Shown here: positions 26,488-37,131 of the stretch, piece by piece
Numbering within the stretch: the stretch's first letter is position 1
Layout: the number at the start of each line of letters is the position of its first letter
NCBI GenBank assembly: GCA_002454975.1
Contig: DKJZ01000109.1
Coordinates: 11,685-75,684, forward strand
Reading direction: 5' to 3'
Length of the DNA stretch: 64,000 nucleotides
Origin: Hylemonella sp. UBA6679
GTDB lineage: Bacteria > Pseudomonadota > Gammaproteobacteria > Burkholderiales > Burkholderiaceae_C
Position numbers and translations under genes: made by a program
Notes under the pieces: model-generated
What the model saw: only the letters and a program-made list of their open reading frames with translations
Databases searched by the model: none
What the model was told of the DNA's origin: nothing

Positions 26488-29232
26488 TTAGCGAACCTGA
26501 AGGATCGAATCGAAGATCTGACTGGCCACTTGCAGCACCTTCGCAGACGCTTGGTAGGCCTGCTGAAAGCGAATCAAGTCGGCGGCTTCTTGGTCCATGC
26601 TCACGCCAGACACCTGGTCGCGCGCGCTCACGGCTTGGTCGTTGACAACTTTGAGGGCTGCTTGTGCAATGCTGGCTTGGCGTGCCACATTGCCCATGTC
26701 GTTGACTTGGTCGATGTAGGCTTCGCTGAAGGTCTTACCGCTGCCCATCACTGGGGCTTTTTGCAGGTCCACCAGGTCCAGCATGTTTTGGTTGTTGCCC
26801 GTGCCATCGCGGTTGCCGTCGATGGTGAACACATCACCCGTCTTTGGGGGTGATGTGAACGACACCTGTAAACCCTGATAGCTGATGCCGTCGATGAGTT
26901 TGCTGGCATCAAATTTTTGCGAGGCCACCACGGTGTTGGTGGCGGTGTCCACAATCGTGTAGTGGTCCGCAGCATCAAATTTGATTTGCAAAGGCTGCTT
27001 GCGCAAGGCTTGTCGAGGGTCGACAGGGCTGCCGCTGTAAGTGGCGCTGAGCTTGGCTTCGCCAGCGCCTGTTACAAACACCAGCAGGTCTTCATTGGGT
27101 TGGCCTTGAATGTAGGCGCCTGTGCGCAGGCCGAGTTTGCTCAGGTCATCAGGCGTGCCGTTGCTGCCCAAGCCCAGCTCAATGGGCGTATCCGCACCGG
27201 CAATCAGGTCGCGGGTGATGGCCACCTTGCCAGTGTAGATGCCATTGGCCAGGCCCAATGCATTCGGGATGCTCCCGGTGACCTTGATGTCCTGGCCTTC
27301 GTAGCCAGGGCTGTTGGTGATGAGCAAGTTGCCGTCGGCGTCTATGGCGGCATTAAGCTGGATTCCCGCGGTGTTGTTGATGGCTGCTGCAAACTCGCTC
27401 ATGGTGCTCACACCGCTCAAATCGATCAATTGACCATTGAGAGTCAGTGGCTTGCTCAAGTTGATTTGTGAGGGCGAGAACTTCAGCACATTGCTGGCGG
27501 TGGCTCGTAGACCCGTGATGTTGGCCTGATTGATCCAATTGCTCACATCAGAGGCTTGCAAGGTGTTGCCTGAGGCTACCGACAGCGCGCCTAGGCTGGT
27601 GCCATTGAGCACCAGCGCGCCAGCTGCCACCGCCGTACCTGTCAGACCGGTGGGAATGGCCGAGCCTTCCAACAAGGCGGGCATGGGTGTAGGGGCCAGG
27701 GCAGTTTGTTTTTCAACATCTGCTTCTTGCATGTCCCACTGGGCTTGCAGACGAACAGGGGCACGCGCACCATAAAAAACCTTGAGGTCTTTGTAACCTT
27801 CAGAACCCGACACGTTCAGGTAATGAGCGCTGTACGTGGCCCCAGATGCAAAGCCGTTGTCGGTGTTGACCAGAAGCCCCACCTGGGCTGTATCTAGGGC
27901 GCTGCCAACCAGCTGTCGGCCATCACGGGTGAACACCTGTAGGTTCTGGCCCGCTGCGCCGTTCATCAGCAGGTTGATGTTTTGTGTTCCGTTGGGAACG
28001 GTGGCTACCGGCGTGATTGGACGACCTGGGGTGACGGTGAACTTCACGCTGGCCGCCGCGTTGTTGGTCAGCACCTGCGTCAACGCGGCTGGTCCACCAA
28101 GACTTGGCATCACAAATCCAACGGTGGCTTGAGAACCGCTGGTGTTGTTGGCTGCCTCAGCAATACGGAATTGCGCCGCAGCAGCAATCCGCATGGGGTC
28201 GTCAAAAACCACCTGCAAACTGCCTGCTACGCTGACCGCGTTGGCATCGAATTTGAACAGGTCTGCGCCTGTGTTGCCATAGGCATCAATGCCAGCGTTT
28301 TGGATCTGGTTGACCTGGTTGACGAACGACTTGGCCAGGGTGTCTAACGCAGCGCGGCTGCTGCCCAAAACCTGCTCCCGAAATGAGAGCAAACCTGCCA
28401 ACTTCCCGCTGGTGATGGAGGTCAGCGGTTCGGCTTTGCCGTAGGGGTCTGTCACCAGGCTGACCTTCTCGGGCGCGGCCGAGTTGTAGTTGCTGCCAAT
28501 GTTGAGCGCTTGACTGCCTTGCACGACCACATCACGCACAAACGACGGACCTAAGCTCACGGTGACTGCGCCGTTCTCTGCAAAGCGGGTGTTGACATGC
28601 GTGAAGTCCGACAGGCTTTTGAGCAAGTTATCGCGTTGGTCCAGCAGGTCAGCTGGTTGGGCGCTCAAGGACTTTTGCTTGGTCAGCTGGCCATTGACCT
28701 GGGCCAAGGCCGAGGTGATGGTGTTCATCTGGTCCAAGTAACTGTTCACCGCCTGGGTGGTTTCCTCTTGCACCAAATCGAGCTGGCTGGAGATTTCGCC
28801 GAAACGGGAAGTCAAGCTTTTGGCATCCCCCATGAAGCTGCCACGCAGAGCACTGGAGGCGGGGTCGGTTGACAGGTTGCGGGCAGCGTTGAAAAACTGA
28901 TCCAGGGCGCTGCTCAAGCCCATGTTGTCGCTGCCCAAAACATCTACGATTCGGTTGGTGTAATTCACCATGGGCTCTTGGCTGAGCAAGTCACTGTTGC
29001 TGTTGCGGTAATTGGCCTCAACAAAGCTGTCATATTGACGCTTGACACCCTCTACCGACACCCCGGTGCCCATGTAGACATTGCCAACTTTGGAGACTGG
29101 GTTGGCCGCCAACGTGACCTCTTGGCGCGAGTAGCCCGGTGTTGCCGCATTGGCAATGTTGTTGCTGATCGTCCCCAGCGTACGCTGGTAGGCCGATACG
29201 GCATCGCTGGCAATGCTGGCAATGTCACTCAT
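26488..29232 (-). CDS. flgK: Hook-filament junction protein FlgK (HAP1), enlarged (914 aa)
   Basis: N-terminus AVSAYQRTLGTISNNIANAATPGYSRQEV and C-terminus MDQEAADLIRFQQAYQASAKVLQVASQIFDSILQVR. Confidence 0.95.
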   Translation of the reverse strand: MSDIASIASDAVSAYQRTLGTISNNIANAATPGYSRQEVTLAANPVSKVGNVYMGTGVSVEGVKRQYDSFVEANYRNSNSDLLSQEPMVNYTNRIVDVLGSDNMGLSSALDQFFNAARNLSTDPASSALRGSFMGDAKSLTSRFGEISSQLDLVQEETTQAVNSYLDQMNTITSALAQVNGQLTKQKSLSAQPADLLDQRDNLLKSLSDFTHVNTRFAENGAVTVSLGPSFVRDVVVQGSQALNIGSNYNSAAPEKVSLVTDPYGKAEPLTSITSGKLAGLLSFREQVLGSSRAALDTLAKSFVNQVNQIQNAGIDAYGNTGADLFKFDANAVSVAGSLQVVFDDPMRIAAAAQFRIAEAANNTSGSQATVGFVMPSLGGPAALTQVLTNNAAASVKFTVTPGRPITPVATVPNGTQNINLLMNGAAGQNLQVFTRDGRQLVGSALDTAQVGLLVNTDNGFASGATYSAHYLNVSGSEGYKDLKVFYGARAPVRLQAQWDMQEADVEKQTALAPTPMPALLEGSAIPTGLTGTAVAAGALVLNGTSLGALSVASGNTLQASDVSNWINQANITGLRATASNVLKFSPSQINLSKPLTLNGQLIDLSGVSTMSEFAAAINNTAGIQLNAAIDADGNLLITNSPGYEGQDIKVTGSIPNALGLANGIYTGKVAITRDLIAGADTPIELGLGSNGTPDDLSKLGLRTGAYIQGQPNEDLLVFVTGAGEAKLSATYSGSPVDPRQALRKQPLQIKFDAADHYTIVDTATNTVVASQKFDASKLIDGISYQGLQVSFTSPPKTGDVFTIDGNRDGTGNNQNMLDLVDLQKAPVMGSGKTFSEAYIDQVNDMGNVARQASIAQAALKVVNDQAVSARDQVSGVSMDQEAADLIRFQQAYQASAKVLQVASQIFDSILQVR

Positions 29233-29726
29233 CAGTCACCTCCCAGGGGTTTGGGGGGCAGGTTCAAAGGCAAGGCGCCTGGTTCGCGCAGGGGCATGGC
29301 TTTGACGGGGGCATCCAGCATCGGCAAGCCCATAACCTTGGGGTTGAGCGCAAAGGCTTTTGCCGTCGTGGCTTGCTGCGCCATGCCTTGCAGCACCTTG
29401 GCGTTGTCTTGCAAATGGGCTTGTTGGGTTTCCATGCTTTTGACCAGCATATCGGCCAGACCCGTACCACCTCGCTTGGCCATCTTGAGTGCCACCTCTT
29501 TGTCGAACATGTTCTCAAAGGTCTCAACATGGCTGGACGCACTGATGTCGCTTTTATCGACGGTGGCGCGCATGCTCTTCATCATCTGCTGCAAGAACAA
29601 CGCTTCAAACTGTTGCGCCGTTTCGCGCATGGCCGATTTGGCGTCTTGGCGTGCCTGTCCCTTGAGCTGTCCCAGCCCATCAAAATCCAGGTAGCTCCTG
29701 GCGGTGTTGAGGGAAGCGTTGTCCAT
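29232..29726 (-). CDS. flgJ: FlgJ-like rod-binding (scaffold) protein without a peptidoglycan hydrolase domain
   Basis: 164 aa. The rod-binding motif ETAQQFEALFLQQMMKSMR is present. The protein ends in a Pro-rich tail, with no glucosaminidase or other hydrolase region. Confidence 0.85.
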   Translation of the reverse strand: MDNASLNTARSYLDFDGLGQLKGQARQDAKSAMRETAQQFEALFLQQMMKSMRATVDKSDISASSHVETFENMFDKEVALKMAKRGGTGLADMLVKSMETQQAHLQDNAKVLQGMAQQATTAKAFALNPKVMGLPMLDAPVKAMPLREPGALPLNLPPKPLGGD

Positions 29727-29730
29727 GGTT

Positions 29731-30855
29731 TTAGATGATCACCAATTCAGCGCGCAAACTCCCAGAGCTCTTGAGCGCTTCCAGGATGGCAATGAGGGAA
29801 GAGGGCGATGCACCCACTTGGTTGACCGCATCCACAATTTGGCGCAGGTCAATGCCAGGCTGGAACAAGAACATGGGTTTGTTGGGCTCGCTCACCTCGA
29901 TGCGTGAGTTCTGAACAGCTGCGGTCTGGCCTTGTGACAGCGGACCAGGTTGCGATATTTCGTTGGTGCTGGCGATCGACACAGAGATGGTGCCGTGTGT
30001 GACGGCCGCAGCTGACACACGCACATTGCGGCTGATGACCACGGTGCCAGTTTTGGCATTCACCACCACGCGAGCAGGTGGCTCACCTGGTTGCACGTCC
30101 ATGTTCTCAATCATGGACATGAAGGCCACCCGCTGGGTGAGATCTTGCGGTGCTTGCAGACTGATGGCCACACCGTCCAAGGCTCGCGCCACGTCGTTGC
30201 CAAAGCGGCTATTGATGGCACTCACAATTGAGTTGGTGGTGGTGAAGTCGGCCTCTCGCACGTTGAGCATCACACGCTCGGCTTTGTCAAACGGGTTGCT
30301 CACCATGCGCTCAACGGTGGCACCAGCTGGAATGCGTGAGGAGGTGGGCACACCAATGGCCACCTTGGAGCCTGCAGAGCTGCTGTCGATGCCAGTGGCG
30401 TTGAGCGAGCCTTGGGCCAGCGCGTAAATCTCACCATCCACACCACGCAGGTTGCTGAGCAACAACACCCCACCGCGCAAACTGGAGGCCTTGCCGATGG
30501 CCGCCACGTTCACATCTATTTTTTGACCAGGTTTGGCAAAGCCGGGCAGCTCGGCGGTCACCATCACGGCGGCCACGTTTTTCACATCAATCTTGCCGGT
30601 GCTCGCTGCCGTCTCAAAATCAGACAGCGGGCCTTCCACCACCACGCCCAGCCTGTAGAGCAGGGTTTTCATACTTTGCGCGGTGAAGTTCACGTCCACA
30701 CCGTCACCCGTACCTTGCAGGCCCACCACCAGGCCGTAACCAATCAGCTGGTTGCTGCGCATGGCGGCCACCGTGGTCAGGTCTTTGATGCGGTCAGCCA
30801 TGGCGTTGCTACACAGCAGCGCCAAACCAAGCAAAAAGAAGCGTAAGCGTTTCAT
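29731..30855 (-). CDS. flgI: Flagellar P-ring protein FlgI
   Basis: Signal peptide followed by RIKDLTTVAAMRSNQLIGYGLVVGLQGTGD; 374 aa. Confidence 0.95.
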   Translation of the reverse strand: MKRLRFFLLGLALLCSNAMADRIKDLTTVAAMRSNQLIGYGLVVGLQGTGDGVDVNFTAQSMKTLLYRLGVVVEGPLSDFETAASTGKIDVKNVAAVMVTAELPGFAKPGQKIDVNVAAIGKASSLRGGVLLLSNLRGVDGEIYALAQGSLNATGIDSSSAGSKVAIGVPTSSRIPAGATVERMVSNPFDKAERVMLNVREADFTTTNSIVSAINSRFGNDVARALDGVAISLQAPQDLTQRVAFMSMIENMDVQPGEPPARVVVNAKTGTVVISRNVRVSAAAVTHGTISVSIASTNEISQPGPLSQGQTAAVQNSRIEVSEPNKPMFLFQPGIDLRQIVDAVNQVGASPSSLIAILEALKSSGSLRAELVII

Positions 30856-30865
30856 GGATCAGACC

Positions 30866-31567
30866 TCAAAAGGGCCAGAGCTTGAGCAGGGCGCTGGTGC
30901 CCCAGCCCGCCTTGGTGGCGTTGGCTAAATCTCCGCTGCCGCGGTACACAATTTGTGCATTGGCCAAGCGGCGCGACTGCACAGTGTTGTTGGGTGCAAT
31001 GTCATCGGGGCGGATGATGCCGCTGACCTGAATCACTTCAGCGCCCTCGGTCAGGGCGAGTTGTTTTTCGCCACGCAGCACGAGGTTGCCGTTGCTCATC
31101 ACATCGATCACGGCCACCGCAACTGAGGTGACCAAGCTGGCTTGTTGGTCTGCTGCGCCGGTGCCCTTGTTGCTGATTTTTCCACCTAGCACAGGGGCCC
31201 CTTTAAGCCAGCCACCTGCATTGGCCGCAATGTCTTGTGTGCCCTGCGGGACCACGTTGTTGGATGATTCGCGGCTCAGGTCGTTGTTGAGTGTGCGCGA
31301 GGCTTGCGACGACTCATTGACCAGCACGGTGATCACGTCACCGACCTGGTAATTGCGCCCCTTGCCAAACCAGCTTTCGCTTTGGCGACCGTTGTAGATG
31401 GCCCCTGTGGGCACGATCATGCTGGTGTCCACACGGGGATACACCGGCTCGAACGTGGCCGAGTGCTTGAGCGGCTCGGGCGGCAACACTGTGCCGCAGC
31501 CCGTCAAGACGGTTGCCACGAGCACCAAAGCGGGCAGGGTACAGCGCAATGTCATGGTGACCTTCAA
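30866..31567 (-). CDS. flgH: Flagellar L-ring lipoprotein FlgH
   Basis: Lipobox VLTGCG; typical FlgH core; 233 aa. Confidence 0.95.
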   Translation of the reverse strand: MKVTMTLRCTLPALVLVATVLTGCGTVLPPEPLKHSATFEPVYPRVDTSMIVPTGAIYNGRQSESWFGKGRNYQVGDVITVLVNESSQASRTLNNDLSRESSNNVVPQGTQDIAANAGGWLKGAPVLGGKISNKGTGAADQQASLVTSVAVAVIDVMSNGNLVLRGEKQLALTEGAEVIQVSGIIRPDDIAPNNTVQSRRLANAQIVYRGSGDLANATKAGWGTSALLKLWPF

Positions 31568-32350
31568 TTACAGGTTGTTGTTCATGAACTTGAGCATGCC
31601 GTCCACCGCCGATATGGCTTTGGAGTTGATCTCATAGGCGCGTTGGGTCTCGATCATGTTGACCATTTCTTCCACCACGTTCACGTTCGAGGCTTCCAGA
31701 GTGCCCTGCATCAAGGTGCCAGCACCCGTCACACCAGGTTGCAGCACCAACGGTGTACCACTCGAGGGTGTTTCTTTCATCAGGTTCTGGCCTTTGGACT
31801 CCAAGCCGCCCGGGTTCACAAAGCGGGCAATCTGGATGGTGCCCAGCACTTGGGCCTGGCCGGTCGACAGTTCAGCCGACACCGTACCGTCACGGCCGAA
31901 GGTCACGGTCATGGCGTTGGCTGGAATGGTGATGGCAGGCTGCAACAGCGAACCATTGGCAGTGACGATCTGGCGCGTCGCTGACAACTTGAAGTTGCCA
32001 TCTCGTGTGTAAGCCAAGGTGCCGTCAGGTTGGGCGATTTGGAAAAAGCCTTCACCCACAATCGCCAAGTCCAGCGGGTTCTGGGTGTTGACCATATTGC
32101 CTTGCGCATGGAGCTTTTCTGTGGCCACCACACGCACACCTGTGCCGAGCATCAAGCCTGTTGGGGCCTGGGTGGTGGCACCGGTCTGACCGCCAGCCTG
32201 GCGTATGTTTTGATACAGCAAGTCTTCAAACACAGCGCGGTCGCGCTTGAAGCCGGTGGTGTTCACGTTGGCCAAGTTGTTCGAGATCACGTTCATGCGC
32301 GTTTGCTGCGCATCGAGACCTGTTTTGGCAACCCACATGGATGCATCCAT
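31568..32350 (-). CDS. flgG: Distal rod protein FlgG
   Basis: N-terminus [33 protein letters not shown]; the C-terminus is conserved. Confidence 0.95.
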   Translation of the reverse strand: MDASMWVAKTGLDAQQTRMNVISNNLANVNTTGFKRDRAVFEDLLYQNIRQAGGQTGATTQAPTGLMLGTGVRVVATEKLHAQGNMVNTQNPLDLAIVGEGFFQIAQPDGTLAYTRDGNFKLSATRQIVTANGSLLQPAITIPANAMTVTFGRDGTVSAELSTGQAQVLGTIQIARFVNPGGLESKGQNLMKETPSSGTPLVLQPGVTGAGTLMQGTLEASNVNVVEEMVNMIETQRAYEINSKAISAVDGMLKFMNNNL

Positions 32351-32386
32351 GGCTCTCTCCTTTTAAATCAGTTGGTGTGAAGTCGA

Positions 32387-33151
32387 TCAGGTCGGCTTCA
32401 TCATGGTGGCGCCGGATTCATCGGCGTCTTTGGTCTGTTTGATCACGTTGATGGCCTGCTCGAAACTGCGGCTCTGGTCCATCAGTTTGATCATCACTTC
32501 CATCACGTTGACGTTGCTGCCTTCTAATGTTTTTGGGGTCACCGTCAACAAGCTGGTGCTGGCTGGAATGTCTGTACCTGGCTCTTTGCTTGCCACCTGG
32601 AAGAGACCATCTTCACGACGCTCAAGCTGTGTTCCGTTGGCATCGCGCAGCATCAGGCGATCAATCAGCACGGGCGCAGCAACCCCGGCTTGGGCAGGGT
32701 TGGTGGCATACACCGTTCCATCGTCGTTGATAGCAACCCGAAACCCCGGAGGAATGGTGATCGGGCCACCACTTTGCCCACGCACCAGAGCCCCTGTGCC
32801 TGTTTCCATGACGCCTGTGGCATTGATGTGCAGGTCACCACGGCGTGTGAATGCCAACTTGCCGTCACCAGCGGTCACACCCAACACGGCTTGGCCGTTC
32901 ATGGCGATGTCCAGATCACGGCCAGTCAGCATCATCGTGCCTGGTGTCATCTTGATGTAATCGGTGTTGAACGCCTGAGGTTGCATGCGGGACTCAAAGC
33001 CCGAACCTTCGGCTTTGACGGTACGCAAAGACCCCTCAAAACTGCGCTTGAAGCCCGGCGTGGACACGTTGGACAACTCGTTCATGGTCATCTGACGTGA
33101 CACACGGCCTTCGTTGATGAAGGCAGCAGCATTGAAGGCTAAACGGTCCAT
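32387..33151 (-). CDS. flgF: Proximal rod protein FlgF
   Basis: 254 aa, rod-family N- and C-termini, positioned between flgE and flgG. Confidence 0.9.
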   Translation of the reverse strand: MDRLAFNAAAFINEGRVSRQMTMNELSNVSTPGFKRSFEGSLRTVKAEGSGFESRMQPQAFNTDYIKMTPGTMMLTGRDLDIAMNGQAVLGVTAGDGKLAFTRRGDLHINATGVMETGTGALVRGQSGGPITIPPGFRVAINDDGTVYATNPAQAGVAAPVLIDRLMLRDANGTQLERREDGLFQVASKEPGTDIPASTSLLTVTPKTLEGSNVNVMEVMIKLMDQSRSFEQAINVIKQTKDADESGATMMKPT

Positions 33152-33180
33152 GGTGGGTTCTTAGTCAGGTGTTGGGCAAA

Positions 33181-35910
33181 TCAAGAACGCAGGTTGATGA
33201 TCGCGGAGGTCATCGTGCTGGAGGTTTCAATCGCTTTGGCATTGGCCTGGAAGTTACGCTGTGAGGTGATCAAGTCCACCAGCTCATTGGTCAGGTCCAC
33301 GTTGGAACGCTCGGTGGCACCAGCGCGCAACGTGCCAAAACCAGCAGAACCGGCGTTGCCCAAAATGGGTTCACCTGAAGCCGCCGAAGCCAAAAAGGAC
33401 GAGTCACCAATTTGGCGCAACCCGGAGGGACTGGAGAAGTTGGTCAGCAGAATTTTTGCCAGCGACTTTTGTGTGCCGTTTGAGAACGACGCACTCACCA
33501 AACCATCGTTACCAATCGTCACACCCACCAGGTCACCCTCAGGGGCGCCGTCTTGTGACTGCGACAACACGGCAAACGATGACTGGTACTGGGTCGAACC
33601 CGAGTAGTTCACATTGATGGTCAAGGCACCCTTACCACCGGCCAGGTACACCGTGTCCAACTGCGTGCCAGCCAGTGGGGACACCAACTTACCGCCGGTG
33701 TCGAACGTCAACTGTCCTTTTTGCAAATAAACCGGCGACCATGGGGGCAGGGTGGTGAAGCCGTCACCGCTGGTGGTTTCCACGCCAGCGCTGTCGATGT
33801 ATTTGGGCTGCAAAGTGCCGCCCACCAACTCTTTGTGCTGGGTGGGGTTGATCCAAGTGGAGGCAGAACCACGCCCAGCCTCAACGTTTTCCAGTCCCCA
33901 GTTGGCACTGCCCGAAATTTTGATGAAAGAGTCGGCGCCCGTTGTGCCAGAGGTGAATATGAACTGGTTTTTGACAGCGTCAAAACTCACCTTCACGCCA
34001 TTGACGGTGGCGGGTGTGCCGTTGCCATCGGTCGCAGCCATGGCATTGATGCCGTTTTGAAGTTTGGAGATGAAAGTTGACAGCGAGTAGTTGGCATCGG
34101 TGGGCATGACCACCGTGCCTTTGATGCCGTCGACCGTGACCACAAATTTGTTGTTGGTGTCGTCCACTGCAAAGTTGTTGGACATGTTCACCGTGGGCGT
34201 GGTGCCATAGGCCACCGCAGGGCTGGAAGCAATACCGCGAGTCGCCGTGGCCGATGTTTTGATTTCCTGAGAGGTCAAACCGAGCAGGTCTATCGCTTTG
34301 GAGCCACTGGGCACCGTCAGGTTCAGGCTGGATTTGTCTCCCGTGGTGCCTGATTTGATGGCGAAGGTGCGGTTCACCGAGTCGTAACTCACGGTCATGC
34401 CAAACCGTTGCACTGCTGATGCGCGTGAGCTCGAGCCATTGGGGATGACCTTGGTACCGCTCAAGCCAGAGTCGTTGAGTGTGATGGGGGTGACCGGCAT
34501 ACCCAACACATCGTTACGCACGGTGCTGCCAGAACTCAATTTGATGACCGAGTTGGTCGCGCCTGTGTCTTCAAATTTCAAGCCCTGAGCGTCATAGTCA
34601 TAGCTGACCTTCAGGCGGGGCGAGCCACCCGTTGGGTTCAAGGTGGTGTTGGCATCGAGCTTGGCTTGAATGGCAGCGACCAACTGATCAACGTTGCCCG
34701 AGGTGAAGCCCGAGTCCAGAACAATTGGGATGGGTGTGGTCAGCGAGGCCGCCACACGTGAATTGGAGATGGCAAAGGTACGGCTGGCCGAATCTGGGAA
34801 GCTGAATATCGCCTCGTCGCCAAACTTTTTCCGCAACACATTGGTCATTTCCGTGGCCAGCTGTGTACCCGTGAACGTGGCGTTGACGCCCTTGAGGTGG
34901 CTCAAGTCCATGGTCACTGGGGTGCCGCTGCCATCCACATCTAAGCTGAACAAGTTGGCCAAGTTGCTTGTATCGAAATCCGAAGCGGTTGAAAAGTTAA
35001 TGCCGTTGGTCAGGTCATAGCTGGCACCTGCGGCCGAGCCACCGACTGTGGCTGGTAGGGAGGTGCGCTTATCGGTCAGTTCATCCAAGGAAAACAGCTG
35101 GGTTTTGGCAGTGGTGATCTCGTCTTTGACTTTGCTGTACGGCTGCAGCTGGCCATACTGGTTCACATACAGCTCCTCGCCGTTCGAGTCAGTGGCTTGT
35201 TGCAGCGAGGCACCCACCTCGTCTTCGCCCACAAACACATAGGTTTGCCATTTGTTGAACGGGCTGCTCTGGCTGGCGTTTTGGGTTTTGACGTAATAAA
35301 TTGTGGCCAGGTAACCGTTGCCACCGGCGTCATACACGGTCAGCGCGGTACTCTTGTTGTAAGTGGCAGGGTTGTTGCGGTTGAAGCTTTCGGTGATGAC
35401 CGAGGCGTCTGAGGGGAAGTTCAATCCCAGGTTCACCTGCGAGGTTTGCTTGGCTTCGCCCGATGTTTTTTGTGGGATGTTGAGCACCACGCGTTCGTTC
35501 ACGTTGGCAGAACCGGTCGAGTCCACCGTCGCTGCCATCAGTCGCTGACCCGCTGAGTTCACCACATTGAACTGTTCGTCCAACATGAACGAGCCGTTAC
35601 GCGTGTACACCTGTTGCAAGCCGTCGGCCGATCGCATGGGGAAGAAGCCGTCACCAGTGATTGCCAAGTCCAGGGCGTTTGATGAGAACGAGATATTGCC
35701 CTGGTTGAATTCCTGCGTGACCTGCTTCAAGGACACACCCTGACCCACGGTTGATGAGGACTTTTGCAGAGGCGAGGTCGCAAAAATGTCACCGAAGTCA
35801 GCGCGTGAACGCTTGAAACCTGTGGTGCCCACGTTGGCGATGTTGTTGCTGGTCACGCCCAGCTGGGCCGTGGCGGCGTTCAAGCCGGTGAGCGAGGTGT
35901 AGAAGGACAT
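33181..35910 (-). CDS. flgE: Flagellar hook protein FlgE, strongly enlarged (909 aa)
   Basis: N-terminus MSFYTSLTGLNAATAQLGVTSNNIANVGTTGFKRSR and C-terminus NVDLTNELVDLITSQRNFQANAKAIETSSTMTSAIINLRS, with a very long central insertion. Confidence 0.95.
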   Translation of the reverse strand: MSFYTSLTGLNAATAQLGVTSNNIANVGTTGFKRSRADFGDIFATSPLQKSSSTVGQGVSLKQVTQEFNQGNISFSSNALDLAITGDGFFPMRSADGLQQVYTRNGSFMLDEQFNVVNSAGQRLMAATVDSTGSANVNERVVLNIPQKTSGEAKQTSQVNLGLNFPSDASVITESFNRNNPATYNKSTALTVYDAGGNGYLATIYYVKTQNASQSSPFNKWQTYVFVGEDEVGASLQQATDSNGEELYVNQYGQLQPYSKVKDEITTAKTQLFSLDELTDKRTSLPATVGGSAAGASYDLTNGINFSTASDFDTSNLANLFSLDVDGSGTPVTMDLSHLKGVNATFTGTQLATEMTNVLRKKFGDEAIFSFPDSASRTFAISNSRVAASLTTPIPIVLDSGFTSGNVDQLVAAIQAKLDANTTLNPTGGSPRLKVSYDYDAQGLKFEDTGATNSVIKLSSGSTVRNDVLGMPVTPITLNDSGLSGTKVIPNGSSSRASAVQRFGMTVSYDSVNRTFAIKSGTTGDKSSLNLTVPSGSKAIDLLGLTSQEIKTSATATRGIASSPAVAYGTTPTVNMSNNFAVDDTNNKFVVTVDGIKGTVVMPTDANYSLSTFISKLQNGINAMAATDGNGTPATVNGVKVSFDAVKNQFIFTSGTTGADSFIKISGSANWGLENVEAGRGSASTWINPTQHKELVGGTLQPKYIDSAGVETTSGDGFTTLPPWSPVYLQKGQLTFDTGGKLVSPLAGTQLDTVYLAGGKGALTINVNYSGSTQYQSSFAVLSQSQDGAPEGDLVGVTIGNDGLVSASFSNGTQKSLAKILLTNFSSPSGLRQIGDSSFLASAASGEPILGNAGSAGFGTLRAGATERSNVDLTNELVDLITSQRNFQANAKAIETSSTMTSAIINLRS

Positions 35911-35937
35911 GGTTTAACTCCTGCTGGGTGTTCTGTT

Positions 35938-36684
35938 TCAGCCGCCGATGCGCTGGATGTCTGTGAGCTTGATGGACTTGCCACCTGCGACGTTGAGCAA
36001 AATAGATTTGTCGCTGGCCTGGTTCACGCTGTTGACGGTTGAGTAAACGCTCACAGGTGTGACGCTGTCTTTGCCTTTGTTGGTCACGGTGGCTTTGAAG
36101 CTGTAGTTGCCATTGGGCATTTGGTTGCCCGCGCTGTCGTAGCCACCCCAATTGAAGGGCACATCGCCAATGGGTAAGCTGCCGTAGGTTTGACTTGCCA
36201 CGGTGTTACCTTGCGCATCGAACACCTCGAGCTTGACACCGTCGGCACCCAGCGGCAGGTTGAATGAACCTTGAACAGGCGATGTGCCATTCCAAACACC
36301 CGGGGCACCTGGCACCAGCACTTGCTTGCCGATCATGGCTGCACTGTTGAGCATTTGTTGGCCGTCCATGCTTGCGACGTAGGACTTGAGCGTGTCCGAC
36401 ATGGTGGTTGTGGCCTGCAGCTGGGAGAACTGTGCGAGCTGCGCCACGAACGCTTCGTTTTTCACTGGATCCAGCGGGTCTTGGTTCTTGAGCTGTGTGG
36501 TGAACAGGGTCAGAAAATCTTTCTCACCCATGCTGCCAGCTGTGCCCTTGTCAGAGGTCAGCTGTGCCATGGCGTTTTGCGCCGTGGTTTTGACGCCTGC
36601 CAACACGCTGCTGGTATTTTTTCCCGCTGAATTGGCGATGGCTGCGGCGTTATCCAGGCTGTTGTTGTTGAGTAAGGTGAGCAT
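35938..36684 (-). CDS. flgD: Hook capping/assembly protein FlgD
   Basis: FLTLFTTQLKNQDPLDP motif; 248 aa. Confidence 0.95.
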   Translation of the reverse strand: MLTLLNNNSLDNAAAIANSAGKNTSSVLAGVKTTAQNAMAQLTSDKGTAGSMGEKDFLTLFTTQLKNQDPLDPVKNEAFVAQLAQFSQLQATTTMSDTLKSYVASMDGQQMLNSAAMIGKQVLVPGAPGVWNGTSPVQGSFNLPLGADGVKLEVFDAQGNTVASQTYGSLPIGDVPFNWGGYDSAGNQMPNGNYSFKATVTNKGKDSVTPVSVYSTVNSVNQASDKSILLNVAGGKSIKLTDIQRIGG

Positions 36685-36703
36685 GTCGGTGTGTTCCTAG
36701 GCC

Positions 36704-37129
36704 TTAGCTTTTGAGGATGTCGATGGTTCTGGACATCAACATGCGAGCTGTATTGACGACCTCGACGTTGTTTTGGTAGGAGCGCGAAGCAGCCATCATC
36801 TCCACCATCTCAGTCATTTCATTGACGTTGGACATGTACACAAAACCATCTTTGTCGGCCAGTGGATTGCCAGGGTCGACCATGCGACGAATGGGCGCTG
36901 GATCGTTGAGCAGGCTGGACACTTTGACCCCACCAGCGTATGGACCTTCTTGGCCTTTGATTTGGTCTTCCATCACGGTTTGAAACTTGGTGCGCTTGGC
37001 GCGGTAAGCCTCTTTGTCTGCGCTGGCCACCGTGCTGGCGTTGGCCAGATTGGAGGCGGTGGTGTTCATGCGCACCGTCTGTGAATTCAATGCAGAGCCA
37101 GCGATGTTGAAGATGCGGTCCAGTGACAT
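36704..37129 (-). CDS. flgC: Proximal rod protein FlgC
   Basis: 141 aa; SALNSQTVRMNTTASNLANAST and a conserved C-terminus. Confidence 0.95.
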   Translation of the reverse strand: MSLDRIFNIAGSALNSQTVRMNTTASNLANASTVASADKEAYRAKRTKFQTVMEDQIKGQEGPYAGGVKVSSLLNDPAPIRRMVDPGNPLADKDGFVYMSNVNEMTEMVEMMAASRSYQNNVEVVNTARMLMSRTIDILKS

Positions 37130-37131
37130 GG

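Noticed and set aside
33323-33337. TGGCAC-GTTGC-GCGC on the minus strand inside the 3' end of flgE, upstream of flgF
   Set aside because: The GG/GC spacing is correct, but the -12 box lacks the TT. It is intragenic with a 160-nt leader, and I cannot distinguish it from chance.
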